Assembly: GCA_937914725.1 (NCBI GenBank)
Contig: CALDMJ010000216.1
Span: 1 to 39,215 of the forward strand
Length of the DNA stretch: 39,215 nt
DNA from: an uncultured Clostridia bacterium
GTDB taxonomy: Bacteria; Bacillota; Clostridia; Christensenellales; UBA1242
Direction of reading: 5' to 3'
The position numbers and the translations under genes are program-made. Below, one piece after another: positions 8,447-20,300 of this stretch. Below the pieces are notes generated by a model that worked only from the letters and a program-made list of their open reading frames with translations, searched no databases and had not been told where the DNA came from. Within the stretch, counting starts at the first letter, position 1. Each line of letters opens with the position of its first letter.

Positions 8447-9292
8447 TCATTTTTTTGTAGTATTGTTGTCGTTTTTTGTAGGTATGTTGTCATTTTTTGC
8501 ATTTTGGGCTTCATTATTCGCATTCACGTCGACATTGCTTACATTTGAATTTTCTTGCAGCATTGCTTGCAATGATTGCTCCTCTTCAGGGGTGAGTTTT
8601 TCAAATGCTGCTTTGCTGAGGCAAATCTTCAGCTTGCCGCCTTTGTTATCTTGAACGCCTACTTGCAAGTCCTTAGTGGAATTATCATTGACAACTTTGC
8701 TATTTGTTTCTACAACATTGCCGTTTGGCGTTGCGGCGGCTTTCTTTCCCTTATTATTTTTGATTATCATTGCAATAAGATACCACAGGCATATGATTGC
8801 GATAATGCTGAATATGACGACAAATAAGTTGTTTTTGATGAACAAGAACAAAATCCCAACAACGGGTATTGCTAGATGCACTTTGCCGATAATTTGCGAC
8901 TGCGGCACTCTTTCGTTAGAACCCTCGCCGTTTGCGTCACCGTGCGTGATAAATATTAGTTTGCCTGTTTCTTCGTCAGTTTTTATTTCAATGACGCGGT
9001 GCGTAACCGAAATTTCGTCGGCGTCCGTTCCCCCGTCCGCGCTAGGCCAAAACATAACAACGTCACCAACTTTGATTTTTTCGGGAGCAATTGACTTGAC
9101 AAGCACGAGGCTGCCGGGGTTGATTGTTGGTTTCATACTAGGCGTTAAGACTACCGCAGGGCGAAAGCCGATTGCAAACAATATGACACATACTAATAAT
9201 AGCCCGATGAGCAAAATTGACAGCGCCCAATAAAAGTAATCGCGGACACGCATTTTCTTGTCACTAACGTTGTTTTTGTCTTTAGAATCCAT
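8447..9292 (-). CDS. sipW: Signal peptidase I, archaeal/ER-type (SipW family), with a roughly 100-aa C-terminal tail
   Basis: 281 aa, with ATG at 9292 preceded by AGGAAG. Motifs seen: N-terminal TM; LTPSMKPTI (catalytic Ser box, SM-x-PT); GDVVMF; SVTHRVIEI (His box); ITHGDANG (GDAN box); GKVHLAIPVVG followed by a second TM. Residues 179-281 form an Asn/Lys-rich tail. Confidence 0.85.
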   Translation of the reverse strand: MDSKDKNNVSDKKMRVRDYFYWALSILLIGLLLVCVILFAIGFRPAVVLTPSMKPTINPGSLVLVKSIAPEKIKVGDVVMFWPSADGGTDADEISVTHRVIEIKTDEETGKLIFITHGDANGEGSNERVPQSQIIGKVHLAIPVVGILFLFIKNNLFVVIFSIIAIICLWYLIAMIIKNNKGKKAAATPNGNVVETNSKVVNDNSTKDLQVGVQDNKGGKLKICLSKAAFEKLTPEEEQSLQAMLQENSNVSNVDVNANNEAQNAKNDNIPTKNDNNTTKK

Positions 9293-9314
9293 AAAAATAT
9301 CTTCCTTGTTGGTT

Positions 9315-9342
9315 ATTTTAACATTATTTTGTGCATTTTCAA
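9315..9342 (-). promoter_or_regulatory. Candidate promoter of the sipW operon
   Basis: On the minus strand: TTGAAA (9342-9337), a 16-nt spacer ending in TGT, then TAAAAT (9320-9315). It lies about 20 nt upstream of the RBS and ATG. Confidence 0.45.
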
Positions 9343-9533
9343 AACATTTTAACCCAAAATTTTAATTTTTACCGCCAAAACATAAAGGTTAATTTATTTA
9401 TTGCTGACGCGGTCAAAATGCTTATGTACCCCATAATATGGCGGGTTGCCCTTCTGGGAGATTTCTCCGCGTTGGTCGAAATGACAATAGAGATGAGTAC
9501 CTTACCATAAAAATAAGGTTAACATTTATATAG

Positions 9534-9562
9534 TTGACATTTGGCGCGTATTTTGTTATAAT
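9534..9562 (+). promoter_or_regulatory. Consensus sigma-A promoter of gltX
   Basis: TTGACA (9534-9539), a 17-nt spacer ending in TGT, then TATAAT (9557-9562). An AGAGG RBS precedes the ATG at 9592. Confidence 0.8.
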
Positions 9563-9591
9563 GGGGCGTTGAAAAAAAGAGGTAATTTAGA

Positions 9592-11049
9592 ATGAAAAAT
9601 GAAAAAGATTATGTTGTAAGGACGAGGTTCGCGCCAAGCCCTACGGGATATATGCACATCGGCAATTTACGCACGGCTGTTTACTGCTATGCTATCGCTC
9701 GCAAAAATAAAGGCAAATTCGTTTTACGCATAGAGGACACTGACCGCAACCGCTATGTTGCGGATGCCGAGCAGGTCATTTACGACACGCTAAAGGTTTG
9801 CGGGCTTGATTATGATGAGGGTCCGCTTTGCCCTGGCAAATACGGTCCATATAAGCAAAGCGAGAGAAAGGAACAAAACCTATATATCGAATATGCAAAG
9901 AAGCTCATCGAGAGCGGTGACGCGTACTACTGCTTTTGTGGGCACGAGGAGCAGCACGACGAATGCGAAGACTGCGAACAAACGTTTGGTAAGTACGACA
10001 GGCGTTGCTTAAAATTAAGCCGTGAGGAGATTGAGGCTAATCTTGCTGCGGGCAAACCGTATGTCATTCGCCAAAAAATCCCTGAAGGCAAGACAAGTTT
10101 TGTCGATGCAATTTACGGAACAATTGAGGTTGACAACAGCGAACTTGAGGATATGATTTTGATTAAGTCCGACGGCTACCCTACTTATAACTTTGCAAAC
10201 ATCATTGACGACCATTTGATGAACATCACTCACGTTGTGCGCGGGTGCGAATATTTGTCGTCGACGCCAAAGTACACACTACTCTACAAGGCGTTTGGCT
10301 GGCAAGAGCCGATTTACATCCACTGCCCACACATTACAGATGAAGAACACAAAAAACTTTCAAAACGACTTGGGCACGCGAGCGTGAACAACCTACTTCA
10401 AAGCGGCTTTTTGCCGGAAGCAATTGTCAACTACATTTCAATGCTTGGCTGGTATCCTGAAAATGGTGTCGAAAAGTTTTCGCTTGCTGAATTTGTCGAA
10501 AACTTTGACTATCGCAGGGTCAACAAATCAAACGCAGTGTTTGACCTAGCAAAATTTAAGTGGCTGAACGGAGAGTATTACAAAACAATGGACTTTGAAA
10601 CATTTGCAAAGTTCATTGAACCGCAACTGCAAAAGCGCTTTGGCGAAAACGTCAATCACGCGGAACTTGCGGACTTGCTGCAAAAGCGCATTGAATGCTT
10701 TGACGACATTGACACGGTGCTTGACTTTGTAAATGAATTGCCAAAGTATGAAAATGACATCTTTGCAAACCAAAAACTAAAGGTGGATGCCCCACTTGCG
10801 CGCAAAGTTTTGGAAGAAATTACGCCGATTTTGGAGAATACGGAAGATTTTTCAAAAGAAAATGTGACAAACGTCATCAAGGCGTTTATTGAAGAAAAGG
10901 GTTACAAAAACGGGCAAGTTTTGTGGCCATTGCGCGCGGCACTTTCGGGCAAAATGTCCAGTGCGGGCGGCGCTTATGAACTATTTAATGTCTTTCCAAA
11001 AGCCGAGTCTATGCGCCGCTTGAAGGTCGCAATTGACGCACTACGATAA
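9592..11049 (+). CDS. gltX: Glutamate--tRNA ligase
   Basis: 485 aa. N-terminus RTRFAPSPTGYMHIGNLRTA carries the HIGH motif. KLSKR is the KMSKS-type motif. A Cys-rich segment (CFCGHEE...RRC) resembles what I recall of the GluRS zinc-binding site. Confidence 0.93.
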   Translation: MKNEKDYVVRTRFAPSPTGYMHIGNLRTAVYCYAIARKNKGKFVLRIEDTDRNRYVADAEQVIYDTLKVCGLDYDEGPLCPGKYGPYKQSERKEQNLYIEYAKKLIESGDAYYCFCGHEEQHDECEDCEQTFGKYDRRCLKLSREEIEANLAAGKPYVIRQKIPEGKTSFVDAIYGTIEVDNSELEDMILIKSDGYPTYNFANIIDDHLMNITHVVRGCEYLSSTPKYTLLYKAFGWQEPIYIHCPHITDEEHKKLSKRLGHASVNNLLQSGFLPEAIVNYISMLGWYPENGVEKFSLAEFVENFDYRRVNKSNAVFDLAKFKWLNGEYYKTMDFETFAKFIEPQLQKRFGENVNHAELADLLQKRIECFDDIDTVLDFVNELPKYENDIFANQKLKVDAPLARKVLEEITPILENTEDFSKENVTNVIKAFIEEKGYKNGQVLWPLRAALSGKMSSAGGAYELFNVFPKAESMRRLKVAIDALR

Positions 11050-11096
11050 GTGAAAGACAACGCGGGCGACGACGTGCGTGGCAGCCTGCGATATAG

Positions 11097-11119
11097 GACG
11101 GTGTTTACCGTCTTTTTTT
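11097..11119 (+). terminator. Rho-independent terminator of gltX
   Basis: gacggt-gttt-accgtc hairpin (11097-11112) followed by T7 (11113-11119). Confidence 0.75.
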
Positions 11120-11223
11120 AGACAAAACATTGTCCATTTCGTCTCAACACAATTGCAGTTTCTATACTACAATTGCGGGTTATGTACTCAATATTATTGC
11201 AATTTGCATACTAACAAAAAAGA

Positions 11224-11255
11224 GCAAACAGCGGGGGCGCGCTGTTTGCCTTTTT
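11224..11255. terminator. Bidirectional GC-rich terminator between the convergent gltX and giant gene
   Basis: 10-bp stem gcaaacagcg (11224-11233) / cgctgtttgc (11240-11249). T5 follows on the plus strand and an A-run precedes it, which reads as a T-run on the minus strand. It lies about 115 nt downstream of the giant-gene stop at 11364. Confidence 0.75.
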
Positions 11256-11363
11256 GTTGTTAGAATAGACTTTATTCCATTTATGTTTATGAAAACATAT
11301 ACTATCAATATATAGATTATCGTTAATTCACTTTTTAGGACACTTGGGCGACATGTTGATAGA

Positions 11364-14300
11364 TTATGTTTCATATGTTGGAATGGCTGTTTTAGAGCCA
11401 ACTTTTTCAAATGGTTTCGCTCCATCCCAGTTATCTGTATGTACTACTGCCGAATCATCATATTCAGTAGTATTTGAATAAACCTGAGATACAACCCATA
11501 CTTTATCATCTGTTATTCTCCTTTTAGTGGCAAAATCAACCCACTTATCATCAAAATCGCCTAAGTACTGTTTGCACTTCGTATCTCCCTTGTCATTTCC
11601 GTCCAAAATCGATGTGCGAAAATTGCTTATTTGGTGAACGAAATTCCATTTATCCCACGCCCAGGATATAGAACCACCTATTATCCCTCCAGTTTGCCAT
11701 TCAGATAGTATGTCGGTGCCTTTAAAGGGGTCATCGATACTACCTTTTTCGTTTGTAGTAACGTAATAATAGAATTTTACTTCGGTTCTGTCAATATATC
11801 CTATATTATTCCCTTGTCTCCATTCTGCATAATAATTCCAACCTACCCTCCACCCAAATGTGCCCGTTACTTCCGAAGTACTCACAGTAAGGTTTAAAGT
11901 AGGAGACAAGCGTTGACGCTTTGCGACATCGTTCGGGCCTGCGTAAACAACATACTCTTGTGTACCCAATGTTTCTTTTGCAGCGTTAGACGGCAAAACA
12001 ATATAGTCTTTAATAGTTTTCCCACTTTTAAATGACAAAGCCCCAAATCTATTTTTAAGCGAAGTTTCATCCAATCGAATAAACAAGTACATATCCCATT
12101 TTTCATTACTCTTAGTTTGTGTTGCTCTTGAGTAGGTCCCGAGTACAAATTCATCTGGCCAGTTACTAGGAGAAACTGTGGAGAAAAGTAGTTCCTTTCT
12201 ATTCGAATTACTTACCATATTATCCGATGAACTTATGACTACTTCTTTAGTCGTGTGATCTTTTGCCACTGAGCGATATTGGACAAAATTCAAAGCTACG
12301 TCGCTACCGTCAAGTATAGGATTGATTCTCCCGCCTGTCACAAGCCCCTTAAAAGTATTGCTTGTACGCAAAACGTCGAATGAAGTATTCTTATTCCAAT
12401 TCGAGTACGCAACAGTATATTTGCAGTCGGATGCACGAGATTGCAAACTACTTTGGTTATTTGACCTATAGCACGTCGCTTCATTGACATAGAATTCGGC
12501 ACTTTCTTTGTAGGTATACCCGCCGATAGTTGGCGTATTTGTTGTTTTTACCTTGCAGTAATATGCCCCCGGAGCAAATGTTGTGCCTGTCGTGTTGGAC
12601 ATCAAACGACTGAAATCGGCATTGAGTTGTGCTTGTATGTCGGTAACAGTGCCTGTGTATGTTTTGCCTGTTGAAATGCCCGTCGCGGCATTGATAAGTT
12701 CAAGTTCAAATTCAAACGAACCTGCGCTTAGTGTACTTGATTCAAATTTGACACCGTCAGGGTCAGTGAGTTTTCCGACCTCGATTTTGAGTGTAACTTC
12801 ATTTGTGCTTGAAACTTTAATTGTAGCGGTTTTTATACCTGGTACAAACGGAATGAACACGCTTTCGGTTTCATAATCATCCGAATCAAAAATGTAGTCG
12901 TTGTCAGAACTAATGCAGACGAGTGCGGTATATGTACCAGAGTTTTTCACGCCGCTGAATGTGACAGTCGAGCGATATCTCACATCTTTATAAGAGAGTC
13001 CTACGCTTCCAGACTTTTCTCTTCTACTTTCTCTTTCAATTGAGTAGTACATACGGCTCGAATCATATAACCTTTGGACAACTGAGTCACTTCTATAACT
13101 TACATTGAGGCACTCAATTTCCGACTCACTATCGTTTAACACAAGTTCCGCATACTGAGGCTTGAACAATTTGTACTTGACATCAAATGTCCTACTATAC
13201 GAACTTTCGTCAAATTCGACGATGTCACTGCTGACCAAGTTTTCGTACCTATCATATACACCCAAAATTCTCATTGAGAAGTCGTAGCTGCCATAACTTG
13301 GGCTACCGCCAAGCAGGTCACCAATCATTCCTGTGGCGTTTTTAGCGTTGCGACGATAGAACACTGTCAAATCGTTGTTTTGCCCTGAAACAACATTGAT
13401 TGTTGTAGTTTTGCTATTTCCATAGTACTCAACTTCAATCAAAAGTGACCAATTTTGTCTTGCGACATATGCGGTTGTATTCAATGTATAGCGCGACATA
13501 ATTGTTCTTGCTAATTCGCTGCTGTTATTAAATTCGTACTCTGAATATACGTGACTACGATTGCCAGTTGTTGCATACTGCCCACCATAGTACTCGGACT
13601 CCGTGATTGCAAAGTTCGGGAAACCGATATATGCTTTATATGCAAATGAAATTTCGTCTGAATAGTCGGAATCCCAAATATATCCTCTTTCTTCGACGTC
13701 CACATACATTTTAATTTCTGTTTCGCCGACGCTATATCCGCGTTCGTCAAGTTCTTTTTTGACAAAATCATATGGAATGTACAATGTTGTTCCCATTTTG
13801 TACGGGACTACATCCGAGCGCCTTGTTGTGATTGTTCCGCTCGCGATACTCATTGTTGTTGTGTTGCTGCCATTTTGTGATAAATTAACAACAAAGTTAT
13901 ATGGGCTGTTTCCAAGTCGCATATTGACGATGTTTTCAATTCTTGAAAAGTTTGCAATCACAAAGCGTCGGCTGCCGCTATCATATGTGACATTTGGTTT
14001 TACAACCTTATCAAAGCGGCTTGCGTAGCGCGAAACTGAGTTAATTTCGGTCGAATCATAGATATATTCTTCCTTATTTTGCGCATTGGTGATTTTGCTG
14101 TTGTTGTATGCTGAGACGTATAATTGGTAATTAGCGTTCTTTTTCAATACGCCGTCATTGATGACGAATAGGTCAATATAGGCAACATATTTTTTTGTGG
14201 TCGCATCGTATGTGATGACGACTCCATTTGTGCTTGCAATGTAGCTCCCCTGCCATTTCAAAATCTCTATTTTATCCGTTTTTGAGTCACGGATATTTTT

Positions 14301-17300
14301 GTAGTACAGGTAATACTTTTGCGCTTGCGAATCCTGCAAGTAGGCGCGCAAGACGACGTTTCCGCTCATACTTTGCAAACCAGCGGTGCTTTGTCCTATT
14401 GTGTAGTGTAAATATGCAAATGAATCGTCCTTATTATCATTATTGTATATATATGCCACTACGTTTGAGGACGAATTTGCAGTTGCTTCATTAAAAGTTC
14501 CGCCTTGACTGATGCCAATTGATAGATTTACTGGAACAAGCGTCCCTTTCATAATATATGAAAAGTCAAATGGCTGTGAACTTTTTGTTGCGGACGCAAT
14601 TGGCAAATCGCGAATGAGCGCATTTGCGTTGCTTTGTTGGTCAAGTTCGCCAAGCGTTGTAATTGAAATTGCGTACTTATCAGGCAAGCCGCCGTCGATT
14701 AGCACGAGGAATGTCAGTGTGTTTGAATAACTTGTACTATTTTCACAAGGCACATATCTAAATTGCGAATAACTATAACTGCCGCCTGAAACAGAACGCG
14801 TATACAAGTCGTTGGCTGTTACAATTTTTTGACCAGCAATACTATTAACACCATATTCAATTTCATAGCATCTAACAATGCTATAGTTGCTGGCTGAGCC
14901 TGCAACGTATGCGGACGGGTCGGCTTTCAGCAACAAACTCTTTTTGTAGTTGCTGTTGTATTCGGTGCCGACGATGTCTAGTCTATAGGCAAAGTACTTA
15001 TTGTATTGCACATTTTCAAAGCTGAATGTGAAGCCCGCGACGTAGCCGTTTTTGTCGTAGACATTTGTGATTAGCGCACTTTTTACTTGGGCAAGTGTGA
15101 TGATGTAGTTATAAATAAACTCACTTTCGTCACTTTGCGCAAAGTTTTGCTCGCTGATTGAATTGAAATAGATGTTAATTTTATTATTGCTTGGGTATAG
15201 TTTACCAGTGATGTCGATATAGTAATACCCGTCGTTTTCACCGACCACTTTTTCGCCGAGTTTAACAGGCGCTTTAGTATCCTCATTGTACAATTGACGC
15301 TGATTTGCCCCGAGGTTGAACGACGGGTCACCTTGCGTGATTTTGTAGGCAACAAAGATTTGTTGAATATTCTTTTCAATGCCTGCATCCTCAAAATATT
15401 GCGGAATTTTGACCTTTATATACTCACTTCCGTCAATTTCGACAACGGACAAGTCACTTGGCGTGTTGATTTTGACGATATAGTTGTAGATCAATTGTTG
15501 CCCCGCACTTTCGAGATAATAGGTAATTGTTTCATCTGAGTCTGCTGCGGCTGCACCTGTTTTTGCCATACTCTTTAGCGTGAACGTGTAGTTTGCAGGT
15601 CTTTTCATAATTTGGTCGAAGATTTCTGCATTTTCCGTCGAACTAAATGTAATGCTTGTTTTGTTTTGAACGTTCACTGTTGGGATAACTAGCGAAGCGC
15701 CGCGGTTGTAGAGCCCGACGATGTCGAGTTGGTACTCGGCATTGTAGAATTTACTCAATTCCGTTTGCCACTCAAGCACGATTTTGCTCATTCTTGTTGT
15801 GGCGGTTGCTTGACGCACTTGTTCGCTGCCACTCTCATTGTCATAGACTTTGACTGCGACGGAGAGCGATGGCGCGCAATAGAATGTGTCGTGGTCCAAC
15901 GTTTGCGCATCACTGTCAAGCGTATAATTGTTTGCGTTGCCGAGCGCAGTCACGGTGTATGTGTAACGCCCCGGTTCGGCAAACTGCCAAATAATGTGGA
16001 GTTTGCCTTTGTTGTCGCTATACGCAAACGAAACCTTATTATATAGCGCAGTGCCGCTTAGCATATCATATATTCCGCTTTTGCCGACTTTAAAATCAAC
16101 GACATAGTTCATATAGGTTTTGTCATTTGGGTTTATTGTGTCCGATTTGCATTCGGATTGTCCCGTGATTGTCAATCTATAGATTGCATCAACATTATAG
16201 TTGACAACTTTGCGCAGTTCTTGGTCATAGTCAATGACGTTATCGACGTTTGTGATGACAATCTCGACGCCTTTCTTTGCTGAGTCATTGCCCGTCAAGT
16301 TAATATCGAGGTCCTTCACATCAAAAATTGGTGTTTTGATTTTTTTTGCAAACGCTTGTTTCGTGATTGTTACTGTTCCAGACTCGTAATAATATCTTGT
16401 AGGTGAGGCGTTGCACTTTAGGCTGACCGTGTTGTGCCCTGCAAACAAAATGTTTTCAACTTCATAATATAGATATCCGTTTTCGGCAATGATTTTGTCA
16501 GGTGTGAAGTCTTGTGAGTGCTTGCCGCCTTTAGTTTTGTTAGGATCTGTGACAACACCTGTTTCGCCGACGACACCTTCGGAAATTATTGTTACGTTGT
16601 AGGCGTCGATGATGCTATAGTAGTCACGAATGTGTGGGTGGATTGGCTCATCCCACTTTATATAATGTTTACCATCGTCACGCTTAACAAGTTCAAGACC
16701 TGTTGGCGTCATATACCTTAGGTAGTAGTCATAACGCAAGAAGTTGGTTTGATATACTGACTCTAGGTAGTAGCCTTGCTCGGCGGACTTTGCCTTGATG
16801 CTGATTGCACCTGTCATATAGATATTAAAGCCGTCCGCTTGCAGTAGTTCGACGAGCGAGAACGTGAGCGAAATTTTGCGCTCGCCGCCCTCGGTGCGTT
16901 CACTAATTTTCACGCGCGTACTAACATTAACTTGCGCAGTGCCGCCTGTCATATAGCCGCTGGCGGTCACCATTTCTCCGATTAGTTCATTGCTAAACGG
17001 TAGTGTCAAGTAATACTCACGCTGGTTAATGAGCAAAACATAGGTAAATTCGCTTGCGCGGTTTATATATGTTTCGGCAAATTTTACATCAAATGTGAGC
17101 CACATTTCTTGCATTTCAAGCCCTTCGTCATTAATCCTTTCTTTGCCTTCGGTGTCGATGACGAGGAGGCTGAGAGCCAATGTTTCGGCGCGCAATTTAT
17201 GGTCATAGGTGATTGTGACTTCCTTGCTTTCTTTCATCACAAAGTGGACTGTTTTACTATTGACAGTAAACGTTTTTTGATAACCGTTGATTTTTGCAAT

Positions 17301-20300
17301 AACGGTGTATGCACCCGGCTTGCTGTTAATGACACTTGTGACGTCGATTTCAAGCGTTGTGGAGTCATATCTTGTCGCGACGTATTTGTCGTAGGTGCTG
17401 ATTTGCTCCCCTGCTTCGTTGTAGAACGTAAGCGTGTACGTCAAATTTAAGATTTCGTCGCTAGTCATCCCATTGACTTCAAAGTCGTCAAATCTAAAGA
17501 ACTGTTTGTTTCTTTGGTCGTTGTGGTAGATTGTGGCATTTGTCAATGCGATAAACGCTGTGTCATAGTTATATTCGGCGTCATCAGATTGTGAACTGTC
17601 GATGAAGTGTTCCGTATCATTATTTCGCGTGATGACATAGACGATGTTGTCCCCGCCCCACAAGTGTTTTGTGATGTCGATGCCTGTTGTCGATGAAGAA
17701 TGCGCGATTTTGACGATTGAACCATTGTTGAGGTATACTTCGTAGTATAGATTCTTTAAGTATCCGCTTGCATAAACATAATTTAGTTCAGTCACTTTAT
17801 CAAAATCAAGCAAAACCTTGTCGCCGCTTTCGTAGATGCGCAAATTTTTGACGGCGTCAAGTTTGATAACGACGTCGTATGTTTCAATAGCGGCGTCTTT
17901 TGACTCGTCAAATGCGCCGTTTGCGCTAGCATAGACGTAGATGCGCCAAGCACCTGCCTCGCATACAATGTCGGTGAGGTCGCGGGTCATTGTGTTGATG
18001 TCGGGGATTTCTTCCGCCAAAATTTCTTCGCCGTCGAGGATATAGTAGACTACGATTTTGTATGTTTGCACTCCCAATGTTACGCGATTTGCACTAGCAA
18101 GTGCGCTGAACGCTTCAAAGTTTTGCGGCGCTGACCACGATGCTATTAGGTTTGTTCCGCTGTCCGAGAGCACAAAACTTGTTGGTGCAGAGAACTGCAA
18201 AGTGTAATCGAACTTGTAAAGTGTTGAGTCACTGTTTGAGAGCCCGTAGACTGAATCGGTTGCGATGAGTCTAATTTCATAGTCGTCTTTTGGCATTTTG
18301 TTTTGGAAAAGTGCGGATATGTCGTACTTTTCTTGTCCCGCAGGCAATGTTGAAACCTTGGCGTTGTCAATCCAAAGTTCATAACTTGTTGCAAAGTCGA
18401 CTTGACGGAACGACAGCCAAATGTGGTAGTTTGTGCCGTCCGCAATTTGCGTTTTGTCGTCTTGCTCAATCAATATATCTTCGACATTTTGGAGTTTGAA
18501 CGTAAAGTTTGACATTGCGGTGCTATAGTATGTATCGAGATAGTACGCACCGAGGTCGCCGACTATTCTAAGGACAAATAGGTTTTTACCGCCGATATTC
18601 AAGAATTTTGCATTGATGTCGATATATCCGCTTGAGTAGGCAAACGTTTCGCCATTTTCAAGGTACAACTGACTGTTGATACGCAAGGAATATAGACTTG
18701 CGGTGCTAATTTCACTAAATCTCAATCTCACGAACGGTGTATTGCCGATTTGAGATGCCGACAAACTTGGATCGTCGTGAATGTGGTAGTTTGTAAACTC
18801 ATAAGGTTCACTTTCCGCACTTTCGAGGCTTGACCTTGTTTCGGCGACCTTGATTGTGGCAAGGTACACGCCGCCGTCGATGTATTTCAACACGTCCGTT
18901 ATATCTGCGGTGCAGTTGCCGTTAGATATATCAAGGTCATTGACGGAAAGCTCGATTGTTTTGATTTCGGTTTTCGCTTCGTCATTTGAATAGAACTTAA
19001 TGATATATTTTTCCGCGCCACTGACTTGCCCAAATTTTGCGTAGTAACTTAGTGTTGTTGGGTATTCATCGATATTATATTCGTAGACAATTTCAAGCCC
19101 GAGCGGCACTTCAAACTGCCCTTTATAGCGGTAAGTAGCATATTTTGTATATGTGCTTTCGCCTGTGATATATGCGCCGTCGCCGTTGGTTTTTGCCCAA
19201 ACGGTGTATGTGCCATAACCATTATTCGGGTCTTTGAACAAATTAATGAGGTCAAAATACGTCTTGTTTGTTGTATATTCACCAACAAATGCACCGTCCT
19301 TTTCAACTTTGACTCCATACATTTTTGCGCCTTCAACTTCATTCCACTGCGCATAAATGCGAGTTGCGAGTGTGGCAACATCACCGTTTGAAATAATTTC
19401 AACCCATTCGACACCGCCAAGTTCCATACGGTTATAGTAATCTTCGCTTTCGCCCCAATCACTGTCTTTGTGGTAGGTGTCGCCAAGCGCTTTTGCGCGC
19501 GCGGTGTAGGCGCCGTATTGTGGACTGCTAAAGTCGATATAGGCATCCGTATTTAATGTATATGTTTGTGTGAAACTATTAATTTTGAGTTCAAGTTCAT
19601 AGCCTGTAGCAAATGCAATGTTTGAAACTTGAATTCTCAAACTGCCGTCCACTTGCTTGATAAACTCAACCGTTGGTGCGCTAAGCGCGACAGTCCATTC
19701 AAAATCGTATTCCGTATTTGGTGATTTTGCGTAGACGACCTCCCCATTTTCGCCAAGGACTTCGTTTGCGCAAAGCTTGATGTTGTAAATGTCGTATTCG
19801 TCGGTAAATTCGTCAATCATTGCGCTGAATGTGACAATGATTGAATCGGCACCGATTTGCGCATTCACGTTTTCAACGTTGATGACAGCATTATAGATAA
19901 TTGCGCCCTTGCTTTGTCTTGTAACAAGCAGAGTATAATCTTCGGCATTGAGGACTTTGCTGAAGATAATTTCCAAGTTCTTGCTTTCCGTCATTGTTAT
20001 TTTTTCAATGATTGGCGCGGAAAGTTCGCTGCCGAGCGTTGACATATTGACAGTTTTTTCGTCCGAATTATTATAGTACGCGAGGTCGCGGATTGCAGCA
20101 GCCCTTTCGGTATCCGAAAGTTCGGTGCTGTCCTTATAATCTTGCACGCTATCAAATGCGCCGAGAATTGTTGCGACAACCTTATAATACTTTGCGTTTG
20201 CAAGACCCTCAATTTTAAATTCGGTTTGCTTGCTAATTATTTGGAGGACGGCTTCTTGCCCCTCTTCAATGTCGCTGTCGATACTATCGATTTCGTAGAA

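Noticed and set aside
9400-9533. GC-richer patch upstream of gltX (ggcgggttgcccttctgggagatttctccgcg) considered as a T-box, riboswitch or small RNA
   Set aside because: The consensus gltX promoter lies downstream of it, leaving a leader of only about 25 nt. I could find neither the T-box consensus nor a convincing multi-stem fold by eye. An Rfam scan would settle it.
9900-10010. Cys-rich insertion in GltX (CFCGHEE...CEDCEQ...RRC) considered unusual
   Set aside because: As I recall, a zinc-binding Cys cluster in this region is a known feature of many bacterial GluRS enzymes.
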